7,857 nt of DNA, from the NCBI RefSeq assembly GCF_006345805.1, contig NW_021828723.1, positions 1 to 7,857 of the forward strand, in the 5' to 3' direction. The notes beneath the pieces were generated by a model that saw only the letters and a program-made list of their open reading frames with translations, was not told where the DNA came from and did not search any database. The translations under genes were made by a program, and so were the position numbers. This stretch comes from Octopus sinensis. Taxonomy: Eukaryota. The stretch's first letter is position 1, and every line of letters starts with the position of its first letter. Below are positions 6,578 through 7,857 of this stretch, piece by piece.

Positions 6578-7509
6578 GGCGAATGGTACGAATCGTTAGC
6601 ACGCCGGATGAAATGCGTAGCCGTATTTCGTCCGCCTTTACGTTCTGAGTTCAAATTCCGCCGAGGTCGACTTTGCCTTTCGTCCTTTCGGGGTCGATTA
6701 AATAAGTACCAGTTGCGCACTGGAGTCGATATAATCGACTTAATCCCTTTGTCTGTCCTTGTTTGTCCCCTGTGTTTAGCCCCTTGTGGGTAGTAAAGAA
6801 ATGGGTATTTCGTCCGCCGCTACGTTCTGAGTTCAAATTCCTTCGAGGTCGACTTTGCCTTTCATCCTTCCGGGGTCGCTAAATTAAGTACTAGTTACGC
6901 ACTGAGGTCGATATATTCGACTTAATCCGTTTGTCCCCTCTGTGCTTAGCCCCTTGTGGGTAGTAAAGAAATAGGTATTTCGTCTGCCGTTACGTTCTGA
7001 GTTCAAATTCCTCCGAGGTCGACTTTGCCTTTCATCCTTTCGGGGTCGATAAAGTAAGTACCAGTTATGCACTGGGGTCGATATATTCGACTTAATCCGT
7101 TTCTCTGTCCTTGTTGGTCCCCTCTATGTTTAGCCCCTTGTGGGCAGTAAAGAAATATGTATTTCAACTGCAGTTACGTTCTGAGTTCAAATTCCTCCGA
7201 GGTCGACTTGCCTTTCATCCTTTCGGGTCGATAAAGTAAGTACCAGTTATGCACTGGGGTCGATATATTCGACGTAATCCGTTTCTCTGTCCTTGTTGGT
7301 CCCCTCTATGTTTAGCCCCTTGTGGGCAGTAAAGAAATAGGTATTTCAACTGCAGTTACGTTCTGAGTTCAAATTCCGCCGAGGTCGACTTTGCCTTTCA
7401 TCCTTTTGGGGTCGATAAATTAAGTACTAGTTACGCACTGGAGTCGATATAATCAACTTAATCCATTTGTCCTCTCTGAGTTTAGCCCCTTGAGGGTGGT
7501 AAAGAAATA
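6578..7509 (+). mobile_element. Head-to-tail array of five tRNA-derived SINE units (one with head, four headless)
   Basis: Unit 1, 6578-6803, has a tRNA-like head (degenerate A box near 6584; B box GAGTTCAAATTCC 6647-6659). Units 2-5 (6804-6973, 6974-7157, 7158-7339, 7340-7509; 170/184/182/170 bp) all start at (g)gtatttc and end at taaagaaat(a/g). Confidence 0.93.
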
Positions 7510-7576
7510 TATAATGTTGTCTTCAAGTAGCTAATTATTATCTTTGATTCCTAGCTCTGATTATGGTTTATTCCAA

Positions 7577-7775
7577 GGCAGTGAGTCAGTAGAATTGTTA
7601 GCATGTCGGACAAAATGACTAGAGACGTTTCTTCCGGCTCTTTAAGTTCTGAGTCTAACTAGCGTCGAAATCGACTTTGTTTTTTATCCTTCACATGTCT
7701 GTAAAATAGGAGCCTGAAGTGTACATGTATGCACCTAACCCTTTGTCCCCATCCACAAGAATTTCAGGCTTTGTG
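7577..7775 (+). mobile_element. Old, diverged full-length copy of the same SINE superfamily
   Basis: ggcagtgagtcagtagaattgttagcatgtcggacaaaatg...aagttctgagtctaact...tcgactttgttttttatcctt is colinear with unit 1, with many substitutions. Confidence 0.75.
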
Positions 7776-7802
7776 AGGAGAATGCTAGACGATCACATAG
7801 TT

Positions 7803-7857
7803 CCCCAGTACACAACTGGTACTTATTTTATCAACCCCGAAACGATGAAAAGCAAAG
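7803..7857 (-). mobile_element. SINE fragment, same family, running off the window edge
   Basis: ccccagtacacaactggtacttattttatcaaccccgaaacgatgaaaagcaaag matches 2893-2947 and is the reverse complement of the array unit body. Confidence 0.88.

Noticed and set aside
6578-7509. CRISPR-like array or hammerhead retrozyme array
   Set aside because: Units are homologous along their whole length (no unique spacers), no cas genes are present and the context is eukaryotic. I found no CUGANGA hammerhead core on either strand, despite GAAA-flanked hairpins on minus.

Overview
Repeat-saturated eukaryotic DNA, not prokaryotic. I recognise the dominant SINE family from memory as typical of octopus (coleoid cephalopod) genomes; this assignment is an inference and was not searched. 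No intact host protein-coding gene can be supported. Almost all long ORFs in the track are translations of microsatellites (HT/CV-rich, FLSF-rich, poly-I/M). Real content: (1) a 5'-truncated, decayed R4/Dong-clade non-LTR retrotransposon (CCHC knuckle plus restriction-like endonuclease) inside a (TAA)n tract, 1573-2765 (+); (2) a decayed RTE-clade (Expander/Rex3-like) ORF C-terminus, 3012-3385 (-), abutting a 5'-truncated SINE, 2851-3010 (-); (3) a full-length tRNA/CORE-like SINE with a perfect 17-bp target-site duplication, 3562-3907 (-); (4) a mariner-derived MITE, about 4106-4325; (5) a five-unit head-to-tail array of a tRNA-derived SINE, 6578-7509, plus two more copies; (6) long simple repeats. 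The least explained structure is an inverted duplication of about 300 bp (368-660 vs 5769-6071, with a 95-bp perfect block) whose left arm interrupts a different satellite. I found no convincing new gene system; the leads concern retroelement nesting and amplification.
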